From Nitrososphaeria archaeon (GTDB lineage Archaea > Thermoproteota > Nitrososphaeria > Conexivisphaerales > UBA164): DNA of 64,000 nt. Numbering within the stretch: position 1 is the first letter of the stretch; every line of letters starts with the position of its first letter. This document shows, piece by piece, positions 44,200 through 52,505 of this stretch. The position numbers and the translations under genes are program-made. The stretch covers positions 19,477-83,476 of the forward strand of contig JAWDMM010000001.1 of the NCBI GenBank assembly GCA_046536595.1, in the 5' to 3' direction. Below the pieces are notes generated by a model. It did not search any database, was not told the origin of the DNA, and saw only the letters and a program-made list of their open reading frames with translations.

Positions 44200-45719
44200 C
44201 TTTTAGCTATCTCTAAAGCTACCTGAGTAGCTTTAGTGCTCGAAGGATAAACCAACACGCCCGCGTCCTTTAACTGTCTTACCTGAGTTTTTAACCCCTG
44301 CGGATCGTTTTCGGTGCCTATAACAGAAGCAACGAAAGAAACCTTATCGTTTATAGATCTAGCTTTTTTTATGGTTTCAGCCATCTCTGACGCAGGGTTC
44401 ATGTTTGCTCCGTAACCTAAGACAATATCAAAAAGTATCACAGCAACTTCTTTATCTTCAACTTCTTTTAAAAGTCTTTCTTTTCTGAACCTGAAATCAA
44501 TCATTGGATGCGGTATACCTCTGACGAACTCTTCAGCACCCATATCTATAACTGTGTCTTTTCTTGAACTATCGAAGCCACCAATTTCATAATTCTTATC
44601 GAGGGGAGAGTTTGAATATGCTTTTATTCCTTTTTTGCTCATTATGTACTGTGTTTCATAGCAAATGGTTCCTCCGGAAAAAAGACCTCTAATATAATAT
44701 TGTTTATTGGATAACTTGTCTTTTGCTTCTTTAACCTCGGTTTCTGATGTCCACTCAGGGAGTTTAAACTCCCCTCTGTTAGTAAGGTTGAAAGATATAC
44801 GAGCTGCATCCTCTAAAGTATCTGCAAATTTAATAGAATTGCTTATGTCATTGCCTTTAAATCCTATAAAATTCATAACGGCTGGCTTGTTTATTTTTGA
44901 TAAAACGTCAACCGTTTCGTTGACTATCTTTTCAGAAGGAGGTTTGGAGATTACAGTTATCGCTTTGGTTTTCGGATGTGAAGAGAGCATGTTTATCCCG
45001 GTCTTCAGAGTTATGCCTCCTATATCTTCTTTTACATCGTTTGAACCGGTACCTATAGCGGCGGTTATTCCAGTACCTGCAAGATCTAACAATGAAGTAA
45101 CCACCTGAATGCCAGTACCTGCAGCGCCAACAACGCCTACAGGACCTTCTTTAACGACATTGAAAAAACCAAGCCCAACAGAACCTATGATTGCTGTACC
45201 TGCATCGGGCCCCATGACAAGCAGGTTTTTTGTCTTTGCAAAATTTTTTAAAACCTTTTCTTTTTCTAAAGGCACGTTGCTGCTGAAAACCATGACGTGC
45301 TTGTTAAGTAAAAGTGCCCTCATTGCTTCTCTGTACGCATATTCGCCTGGCGTCGAAATTAAAACAAGATCTATATCAGGTTCAAAAGACACTGCGCTGC
45401 GAATACTTAAATAACTTTGAGTCGTTTCTTTTTCTTCTTTTTCGGTTTTATATACTAGTTTTTTAGCATACTCAAGGGCTTTACTTACTAAACTTTCATC
45501 TTCCCCTTCTATTACAATAACAAGGTCGTTAGGACCGGCTTTGCTGGCTTCTTCAGTATAAAGGCCAGCTTCTTTCATAAGGTCTTTGTTTGCTTCTGTT
45601 CCCATCATTACAGCAGCTCTTATAACGCCATCAGCTTTCTCTACAAGCTCGTTTATTCTCATCAGAAAAACAGAGTCCCTGTACTCGTTCTTTAAAACCA
45701 GAGTAAATTTCTTCCCCAT
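44196..45719 (-). CDS. fdrA: FdrA-family protein (succinyl-CoA synthetase alpha-like fold)
   Basis: 507 aa. The N-terminal 'NEYRDSVFLMRINELVEKADGVIRAAVMMGTEANKDLM' is the characteristic FdrA start, and SCS-alpha-like Gly-rich loops ('VGAAGTGIQ', 'IGTGSND') follow. Confidence 0.85.
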   Translation of the reverse strand: MGKKFTLVLKNEYRDSVFLMRINELVEKADGVIRAAVMMGTEANKDLMKEAGLYTEEASKAGPNDLVIVIEGEDESLVSKALEYAKKLVYKTEKEEKETTQSYLSIRSAVSFEPDIDLVLISTPGEYAYREAMRALLLNKHVMVFSSNVPLEKEKVLKNFAKTKNLLVMGPDAGTAIIGSVGLGFFNVVKEGPVGVVGAAGTGIQVVTSLLDLAGTGITAAIGTGSNDVKEDIGGITLKTGINMLSSHPKTKAITVISKPPSEKIVNETVDVLSKINKPAVMNFIGFKGNDISNSIKFADTLEDAARISFNLTNRGEFKLPEWTSETEVKEAKDKLSNKQYYIRGLFSGGTICYETQYIMSKKGIKAYSNSPLDKNYEIGGFDSSRKDTVIDMGAEEFVRGIPHPMIDFRFRKERLLKEVEDKEVAVILFDIVLGYGANMNPASEMAETIKKARSINDKVSFVASVIGTENDPQGLKTQVRQLKDAGVLVYPSSTKATQVALEIAKR

Positions 45720-45866
45720 TGTATTTAGTTTTTTAAAGCCTTATTTATATATTTATTTTACAGTGATGTATTACAAATTTTACCTTTAAAATATTTTTAC
45801 CTTTGATTAATTTTAAGCGTTGATAACATCAAAAAACTTTCCTTTTAATTATTTTTAAGCTGATAT

Positions 45867-46583
45867 GTGATTAATGTTTTTATAAGTTGGGCATATACTT
45901 TGAACGTGGAAGCCAAGGCTTTTTCCAAATTGAGCTCAGGTAAACATCTACAGGTAGCGCTTGATATCATCGATAAAACGGTTGCTTTTGATATAGCGCG
46001 AACAGCAGATGCTCTAAACGTTAGTGTTATTGAGGCTGGAACGCCCCTGATAAAAAGATACGGTACAGACATAATAAAAGAATTAAAAAAAGAAGCGAAA
46101 GAAGCGTTGATGTTGGCTGATATGAAATCAGCAGACGTTGGAGATATTGAAGTAAAAATGGCGGCAGAAGCAGGGGCTGACATAGTTACTGTGCTCGGAT
46201 GTGCGACAAACGAAACTATTCAGAGCGCTAAAGAAGAATCAGAAAAACATGGGATCCTGTTAGAAGTTGATCTGATAAACCTTGAAAATCCAGAAGAAAG
46301 AATGAAAGAATTAGAAAAGATCGGAGTGAAGTCTTTTTCTTTTCATGTACCGATCGACGTACAAAAAAAGCATTCAAGCGGTGCAGATAAAATGCTTGAA
46401 AAGCTCAGAAAGCTCGAAAAAGGTAACAGAGTTATATCTGTCGCTGGAGGGCTAAACCCTGAAAGAATAAATGCGTTTAAAGGAACTGGAGTCAACGTTT
46501 TTGTGGTTGGAGGATACATAACTTCTTCTGTAAACTTTGACAATAAAATTAGGGAAGTTCTAAGAGCTATAAAAGAACTTTAA
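45867..46583 (+). CDS. 3-hexulose-6-phosphate synthase / KGPDC-like member of the OMP-decarboxylase suprafamily
   Basis: 'LQVALDI...' is followed by 'IEAGTPLIK', 'ADMKSADVG' and 'VAGGLNPERI...VVGGYIT'. The true start may be downstream (GTG 45906 or TTG 45930). Confidence 0.65.
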   Translation: MINVFISWAYTLNVEAKAFSKLSSGKHLQVALDIIDKTVAFDIARTADALNVSVIEAGTPLIKRYGTDIIKELKKEAKEALMLADMKSADVGDIEVKMAAEAGADIVTVLGCATNETIQSAKEESEKHGILLEVDLINLENPEERMKELEKIGVKSFSFHVPIDVQKKHSSGADKMLEKLRKLEKGNRVISVAGGLNPERINAFKGTGVNVFVVGGYITSSVNFDNKIREVLRAIKEL

Positions 46584-46590
46584 ATTTAAA

Positions 46591-47397
46591 ATGAACGAAA
46601 AGCAGCAAAATTGGCCAGATGCGACCTTAAAATCCTCTTGTTTGAAACCTTTAAAAGCAAAATTGATTTATGAAGACAATAAAGTTCTTGATTACATCTC
46701 TGATGACGGTGCGCTTTTTTTAATATCCGATGAAGTAGATCCAGAGCCATCATCCATAACTATAAAAAATTTCTCAAGATTAAAGGAACTTAACCATAGG
46801 TACATCATTTTTCAACAGGACGTTTTGATGATCGAAGGTTACAGAATAGACGTTTCTTTAACTAAAGTTTTTTCGACGGCAGACCTGTCTTTACAGAATT
46901 TTGATGAAAGCTTTTACTTTAGAATAAAAGAATTTGTAGAGGATAAATATTCTTGTGATCTTTATCCTGCTTCTTCAAGAAAAGTATGTGATATCCTTTT
47001 AAAAATCGAAGCTGAAAGTTTACTGAACACCCAAAAAATTGAAAGTCTGATAGGATTCGGCATAGGAATGACGCCTTCAGGAGATGACTTTCTAATAGGG
47101 CTTATAGCTTCTTTAAAAGGTTCATACTATTTTAACCATCTCAGGGATATTGTTGCAAAAAATTTATTCAGGACTAATAAGATAAGCGGGGAATTTCTCA
47201 GATGCGCAACGTTAGGAGAGTTTTCAGCCACTTTAGCTGAGCTGATCAAGGCGGGGAACGATCGCAAGCCCCCCGAAAAATACATTTATGACGCATTTAA
47301 AAAGGGTCATACATCAGGTATAGAAAGCTTATTGGGGTTTCTAAAAGGTTTAGAAATAAGAAAAACGTTTTTTAAACCTCCAAAACGCTTTTATTAG
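46591..47397 (+). CDS. DUF2877-like protein (YlbF-like)
   Basis: 268 aa. 'IGFGIGMTPSGDDFLIGLIASL' matches my memory of the DUF2877 G.G.G(L/M)TPsGDD motif. It is encoded divergently from fdrA-DUF1116. Confidence 0.55.
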   Translation: MNEKQQNWPDATLKSSCLKPLKAKLIYEDNKVLDYISDDGALFLISDEVDPEPSSITIKNFSRLKELNHRYIIFQQDVLMIEGYRIDVSLTKVFSTADLSLQNFDESFYFRIKEFVEDKYSCDLYPASSRKVCDILLKIEAESLLNTQKIESLIGFGIGMTPSGDDFLIGLIASLKGSYYFNHLRDIVAKNLFRTNKISGEFLRCATLGEFSATLAELIKAGNDRKPPEKYIYDAFKKGHTSGIESLLGFLKGLEIRKTFFKPPKRFY

Positions 47398-47418
47398 CTT
47401 TTATAAATAAAGATTAAC

Positions 47419-47661
47419 GTGCTGACCCCAGATATCCTAAAAAACTTTATAGCATATAACAAAATAGATGAAACTAACACCTTAACCTATTCTGAAAAGG
47501 TAGCTTTAAACCTGATAGCTTGGGGAAAAAAGAAAGGCATAACGATAAAAGAATTAAAGGATTGGTACGCTGTTATTTCTCAAGCCCCTTTTCAGGAAGA
47601 AACTGATAAAGGAATATTAGAAATTTTAGAAATGGCGGCTAAGATTGAAAGTGAGAGTTAA
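47419..47661 (+). CDS. Hypothetical protein (80 aa)
   Basis: Supported only as an ORF. Its 3' end overlaps the MoaD-like gene start. Confidence 0.35.
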   Translation: MLTPDILKNFIAYNKIDETNTLTYSEKVALNLIAWGKKKGITIKELKDWYAVISQAPFQEETDKGILEILEMAAKIESES

Positions 47662-47875
47662 ACTTTTTGCAAAATTCAGAGAAATAGCGAATGCTGATTA
47701 CATAGATATAGAAGCTTCAAACATAAAAGAACTAAAAGAAAAGCTATCGGCTATTTTAAAAGTTAATGTCCAGGAGATTATCGTGATGATAAACGGTAAA
47801 AAACTACCAGAGGATGAGGTTCTTTATGATGTTAAGGAAGCTATTGCTTTCCCTCCAACTGCTGGAGGTTGTTAA
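47645..47875 (+). CDS. MoaD/ThiS/SAMP-type ubiquitin-like beta-grasp protein ending in ...GGC
   Basis: '(M)KVRVKLFAKFREI...IVMINGKKL...EVLYDVKEAIAFPPTAGGC*' has the MoaD-like beginning, middle and PP.aGG end. The start is TTG 47645 or GTG 47651. Confidence 0.7.
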   Translation: MKVRVKLFAKFREIANADYIDIEASNIKELKEKLSAILKVNVQEIIVMINGKKLPEDEVLYDVKEAIAFPPTAGGC

Positions 47876-48371
47876 ACAATGTTTTCTTAAGTTCATCTTT
47901 GCTTTGAGGCACGTTAAAAAGCTTGAAAAAATCATCGGTAACAGAGTACATCTTTTGCCCATTTGTTTCTTCCTTCTTTATCAACCTTATCTTTTCCAAT
48001 GCCTTTATATGCGAATAAACAACGCTTCCTCTTTTTTCTTTTAATTCTTTAATGCTTATCGGACCATAGTAAGCTATTAAAGAAAGAGTTTTAGCCATAG
48101 ATCTGCTCAGAAACGGCTTTCCAGCGAATTTTTTAGCCACGGGCGCGAGCTCTGGCCTGATCCTTAACATATAGCTGTCCTTAAATTCAACGAGCTCCAA
48201 AGCAGAATCTTTTGAGTATATATTTTTTAAAGAATCTAACGCTTCTTTTATTTCCTTCGGTTTAACTTTTAAAATATTAGAAAGCTCTTCTATATAAATT
48301 GGCCTTCCTGAAGCTAACAGCGCCGCTTCCAGCTTCATTTTTAACGACGTCTTATCGTTCTGTTTTGACAT
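47841..48371 (-). CDS. scpB: Segregation and condensation protein B
   Basis: 176 aa. Carries 'LEAALLASGRPIYIEEL', 'LSRSMAKTLSLIAYYGPISIKELKEKRG' and 'IKALEKIRLI'. Confidence 0.85.
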   Translation of the reverse strand: MSKQNDKTSLKMKLEAALLASGRPIYIEELSNILKVKPKEIKEALDSLKNIYSKDSALELVEFKDSYMLRIRPELAPVAKKFAGKPFLSRSMAKTLSLIAYYGPISIKELKEKRGSVVYSHIKALEKIRLIKKEETNGQKMYSVTDDFFKLFNVPQSKDELKKTLFNNLQQLEGKQ

Positions 48372-48433
48372 CCTATAGCTGTAACATTTATAAAAAATAA
48401 ATATAAACAGAATGGTAAAAAAATCTAAGAGGT

Positions 48434-49330
48434 TTGTCTAAATTGAACTGGACCGCTGAACATGCAGAGATTCTGGAAGAGTTTACCAGGAGAATGAAAG
48501 AAAGTTATGAGGTTCAAGTTGGAAGAACATTCTGGATAACAACTTCTTTTAACGTTAATGTTGATTTTATAATCGGTAGTGCGGCATTTTGTTTTAGCAA
48601 TTCTAGGATGGGTGAACTAAAGAAAAGAGCAATCAAATACTTGGGCTATCACTGTTTTATGTTAGATCCTTTACAATTAAATCCTTACTTTATTGAAAAA
48701 ACAAGAGAATTAATTAGAAGCCTAAAACCAAGGCCTTTAAGAATATCACCAATAAGCGAAAGAAATGTTCCTGAAAAATTTCCGCTTTACCTAGAAAATA
48801 GAATAATAGAAGCTGCTGCTGAAACTGCAAAGCTGCCGAATCAAGATATAAACGCTGAACTCATAACAAAAATAGTCGAAAGAAAGATCCCTCAGATCAC
48901 AAAAATGCATTCTGCTATGGATAAGCTAGTGCTTACAGATCTTGGATTTTCGCTTGTTAATGTGAATGAAAACATTTTAGATTATAAAAAAGCATCAGAA
49001 AGGCTCTGTAAAATGATGAATGTTATGAAAACCTTATTTGGAACAGAGGGTCCCATTACTGTTTCTAACCTTTTCACTCTTTCCGCCCCTAATTTTATAA
49101 AAAACCTTTTGGTGCTCGGAGGGCCTCGCGTTAAGCCCGGTCTGATACAGATTAAAAGTTACATGGATTTTTTAGAAAATGTTCAGACTTTTACCGAAGA
49201 AATGCAGAGCTGCAACATCTTTCTTGATTTAGATGAACTAAAGGACGAAATATGCTCCTTTAAAAACAAGATAATTCTAGAAAAAAAATTTGACTGGATT
49301 AAAAATTTTTGCTTAAAGTTTACTGTTTAG
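48434..49330 (+). CDS. Hypothetical protein (298 aa), no family recognised
   Basis: Long ORF with ordinary amino-acid composition and a TTG start. It is divergent from scpB and overlaps the ESCRT-III gene convergently by 11 nt. Confidence 0.45.
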   Translation: MSKLNWTAEHAEILEEFTRRMKESYEVQVGRTFWITTSFNVNVDFIIGSAAFCFSNSRMGELKKRAIKYLGYHCFMLDPLQLNPYFIEKTRELIRSLKPRPLRISPISERNVPEKFPLYLENRIIEAAAETAKLPNQDINAELITKIVERKIPQITKMHSAMDKLVLTDLGFSLVNVNENILDYKKASERLCKMMNVMKTLFGTEGPITVSNLFTLSAPNFIKNLLVLGGPRVKPGLIQIKSYMDFLENVQTFTEEMQSCNIFLDLDELKDEICSFKNKIILEKKFDWIKNFCLKFTV

Positions 49331-49958
49331 ATCCTTCTGCACCCAGACCCAGGCCGCTTATATCAGGCAGCGTCTGTTTCATCCTTGCCTCTGCTACAGC
49401 TGACGCCTGTGATAGTATGCTTTCAGCTTCATCGTTTGTCGGTTCAAAGCTAATACCTGAACTTGAAATCTGCCCGGCGTCTACCATTATGTTGTTTAAC
49501 AGGGTTGATATCTCTCCCAGTTCGTCCTCAGCAGCTGGCATTACATTGCTAACGCCCCTTCTTATGCTGGTCAGCACTTTCATAGCGGGGTCAAGAACAG
49601 CCACCACGTCTCCTAATTCAGTTGCGGTAGAGAGTCTTGTTGAAATCTGTTCTAGCGCAAGTTTTGCCTGAGTGAGCATTTTGTACATCTTTCTGATTTC
49701 AGCCAACTCTGTTGCATATATGTTTGCTCTTTCGTTATCGTGTTTCTGTAAATATGATACAACCTTTTCAAAGTATCTCTGATCTTTTTCCTTTAGTTTT
49801 GAAGCCGTTCCATCGAGCTTGGCTATCTGGATCTGAATAAGCCTTATAGCCTGTTCGAGCTTTCTCTTAAGAGGCTCATCCGGTTTAACTGCGGTTTTAA
49901 TTTTATCACCTATGCTCTCGTCTTTTTTGTTTTCCCAATTTCTTTGAAAATTGCTCAT
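49320..49958 (-). CDS. cdvB: ESCRT-III / Snf7-family protein (CdvB-like)
   Basis: 212 aa. 'LEQAIRLIQIQIAKLDGTASKLKEKDQRYFEKVV...RANIYATELAEIRKMYKM...LEQISTRLSTATELGDVV' parallels crenarchaeal CdvB helices 1-3. The C-terminus is acidic and flexible. Confidence 0.8.
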   Translation of the reverse strand: MSNFQRNWENKKDESIGDKIKTAVKPDEPLKRKLEQAIRLIQIQIAKLDGTASKLKEKDQRYFEKVVSYLQKHDNERANIYATELAEIRKMYKMLTQAKLALEQISTRLSTATELGDVVAVLDPAMKVLTSIRRGVSNVMPAAEDELGEISTLLNNIMVDAGQISSSGISFEPTNDEAESILSQASAVAEARMKQTLPDISGLGLGAEGSKQ

Positions 49959-49981
49959 AAATACTTGAGCTTTCTTTAGTT

Positions 49982-50017
49982 TATTTTAAATACTGTAACT
50001 GTTACTCGCTGTAACTG
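49982..50017 (-). promoter_or_regulatory. Promoter of the ESCRT-III gene: TATA (tttaaaata) preceded by a tandem 9-mer CAGTTACAG-N7-CAGTTACAG
   Basis: The plus strand carries ctgtaactg at 49993-50001 and again at 50009-50017. tattttaaa at 49982-49990 lies about 25-30 nt from the ATG at 49958, which implies a very short leader. Confidence 0.4.
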
Positions 50018-50130
50018 AGGTTTCATAATGTTCTAGTTACATAATATTTATTAATAATAAACTTGATAAAGGCCGCTTTAAATATTTTCTCAAGGTAAGC
50101 TTTTATTTTTAATAATTTTAGGAAATATTG

Positions 50131-50871
50131 ATGAAGATAGTCGTTTTAGGAAGCGGCGGTTCAGCTGAGAGCGCTAATAGGGCATGCTCTTCATACCTTG
50201 TGAACTCTGAAATTGTAATTGATGCGGGGCCAGGTTCATATAAGAATTTTTTAAGATATGGCGGAAATCCTCTCAAAATAAAATATTTTTTAATATCGCA
50301 CCTGCATGGAGACCATTTTTTTGATATTGGAGCCTTTTTCTGGGGTATGTCCTACCAGGGTAGGACCGAACCTGTTACTGTAATTGGGCCAAAGGGCGTC
50401 AAAGAAGCTTTTGATTCTTTAATAAAATTCGCGAACACCCCGAAAACTTTTATGCGATTTGATGTACAATACACAGAAATTGAGCCCGGAAAAAACCTTA
50501 AACTGGACAGTTTAAAATTGAGTACAGAAAGCGGAAAACATTCTGTTCAGGACATTGCTTATAGAGTGGGCCCCTTGTGCTATACAGGTGACACATCGCC
50601 AAACGAAAGTATTGTCAGGCTGTGTAAAAAAGCCTCATTATTAATTCATGAATCTTCTGGTTTTGCGGAAAACGAAGAATACCTTAACAGTGTAGGACAC
50701 AGTTCAGCAAGACAGGCTGCGACGGAAGCTTTACAGGCAAGCGTTAAAAAGCTGCTACTTACACATATACCTCCTTCAATATCGAATTATACAGCAAAAA
50801 TTAAAGCGGAAGCCGTAAAGATATTTAGAGAAACTATAATAGCAAAAGATCTTTTGGAACTTGAGATATGA
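50131..50871 (+). CDS. Metallo-beta-lactamase-fold hydrolase (RNase Z-like)
   Basis: Carries 'KIVVLGSGGS' and 'ISHLHGDHFFD'. ATG 50131 is preferred over TTG 50128. Confidence 0.8.
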   Translation: MKIVVLGSGGSAESANRACSSYLVNSEIVIDAGPGSYKNFLRYGGNPLKIKYFLISHLHGDHFFDIGAFFWGMSYQGRTEPVTVIGPKGVKEAFDSLIKFANTPKTFMRFDVQYTEIEPGKNLKLDSLKLSTESGKHSVQDIAYRVGPLCYTGDTSPNESIVRLCKKASLLIHESSGFAENEEYLNSVGHSSARQAATEALQASVKKLLLTHIPPSISNYTAKIKAEAVKIFRETIIAKDLLELEI

Positions 50872-51401
50872 CGACATTGGAAGAACTTTACCAAGAAATT
50901 AAAAGTTGCAAAAATTGTAACCTATGGCAGTATGCTACACAAGCTGTTCTAGGTGAAGGACCCCAAGACGCAAAAATCATGATAATAGGTGAAGCTCCGG
51001 GAAGAGAAGAAGACAGAGCTGGAAGGCCTTTTGTAGGCAGAGCAGGAAAACTGCTACGTAAGGCTCTTGATAAGAACGGTTTAAACAGCGTATACATTAC
51101 AAACGTAGTAAAACACAGGCCTCCAAACAACAGGAAACCGAAAAAAGACGAAATAGAAACGTGCTCCAAGTTTCTTTTAGAAGAAATAAAGATTGTAAAG
51201 CCAAAAGTTATAATAGCGTTGGGTTCTACTGCTAGCAAATTTTTAACGGGAGAAGAAAAGATCAACGTAGCATTTGAAAAAGAATATAAATTTATAGGAA
51301 TAAAAGTAATAGTAGATTATCATCCAGCCGCAGTATTAAGGAATCCAAGACTTTATTATAAGTTTAAGAAAAAAATAAACGAAGCTTATGCTAATTTATA
51401 A
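50868..51401 (+). CDS. udg: Uracil-DNA glycosylase, family 4
   Basis: 177 aa. Carries 'CKNCNL', '[11 protein letters not shown]', '[10 protein letters not shown]' and 'HPAAVLRNP'. Confidence 0.85.
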   Translation: MTTLEELYQEIKSCKNCNLWQYATQAVLGEGPQDAKIMIIGEAPGREEDRAGRPFVGRAGKLLRKALDKNGLNSVYITNVVKHRPPNNRKPKKDEIETCSKFLLEEIKIVKPKVIIALGSTASKFLTGEEKINVAFEKEYKFIGIKVIVDYHPAAVLRNPRLYYKFKKKINEAYANL

Positions 51402-51451
51402 AAATCTGTTCGCACAGCATTGATAAATGTAATATGGTAAATCAATGGACA

Positions 51452-52479
51452 TATGTCACCCCTCGACGCATGGGGGTGATATTGATGATAACCATCACGT
51501 TAGGGGAGTTGTACCTTGATGATGCACACATCCCATTAATAAATAGTGAGGAAGAGTATGTGAAGCAGAGGTACTTTGCGGTAGCAAAAACCATAGCACC
51601 TGAGCCGTTAAGGATTACAAGAAATGAAGCTGCAGAAATGATTGGTCTAAGCAAGAGACAGTTGCAGAGGATAGGTTCAGGGAAGAGGGAATAGAAGGAT
51701 TAAGGAAGAAGTCAACCAGGCCAAACATATCACCAAACAGGGATACCTGAAGATGTTGAAAAGAGGATAGTTGAAGTGAGGTAGGATTTGGGTCAGAAAG
51801 GATAGCTATCATAGTGAATAAGAGACTAGAAATTGAGGGAAGGAAGAAAGTCAGCGATACTACATGCTACAACGTGCTTGCCAGGAATGTTGAAGCTGAA
51901 AGGAGGCTGCAAAAGGAATACAGCACGTTTGAATGGAATGGTCCTGATGAACTGATTCAAGCAGACATAACATACTTCAACGGTGTGCCGTTGATGACCA
52001 TGGAAGATGACCATTCAAGAAATGGATGGGCAACAAGCATGATTGATCAGACAGATGAAAGGGTTGTTCATGCGATGAAAACGCTTCATCCAGATAAATA
52101 TGAAAACCTTCTAACTGACAACGGATCACAATTTTCAAGGAAAAATTTCAGGATGAAAAAGTACTGTGAAAACAGCATAAATGGAAGACATATATGGACT
52201 TCAGTTCATCACCCACAGACCATGGGCAAACATGCAGAAGGGATTGAAGAGGTTCCTAAAGCACAGGCTTGGAAGGAGCACTAACATGAGAGACATTGAT
52301 GAGAACATAAGTGCATACATGGACTTCTACAACAATGCTACAACTGTATCCACTACAAGATCAGTGCCTGCAGAGAGATACCATGGATTCAATGATGAAG
52401 GATGGTACACTAGGCTGGTTAAAATGCTTAAATTGGAGTCAGTGCTTCCCATTGACCATGCGCCAGAGGGGGTGACATA
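51452..52479 (+). mobile_element. IS481-like insertion sequence (1028 bp), decayed
   Basis: The terminal inverted repeats are tatgtcacccctcgacgcatgg (51452-51473) and, as the reverse complement of 52456-52479, tatgtcaccccctctggcgcatgg. GC content is above the flanks. The interior encodes an rve-type DDE transposase. Confidence 0.75.
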
Positions 52480-52480
52480 A
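51470..52480 (+). pseudogene. IS481-family (HTH plus rve integrase core) transposase, broken by several frameshifts and stops
   Basis: The pieces lie in three frames: 'RYFAV...ITRNEAAEMIGLSKRQLQRI' / 'RFREEGIEGLRKKSTRPNISPN' / 'ADITYF...MEDDHSRNGWA...LLTDNGSQF' / a C-terminal 'YMDFYNN...R'. Confidence 0.75.
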
Positions 52481-52505
52481 GCGTCTTGGTGTTACACTTA
52501 CAACA

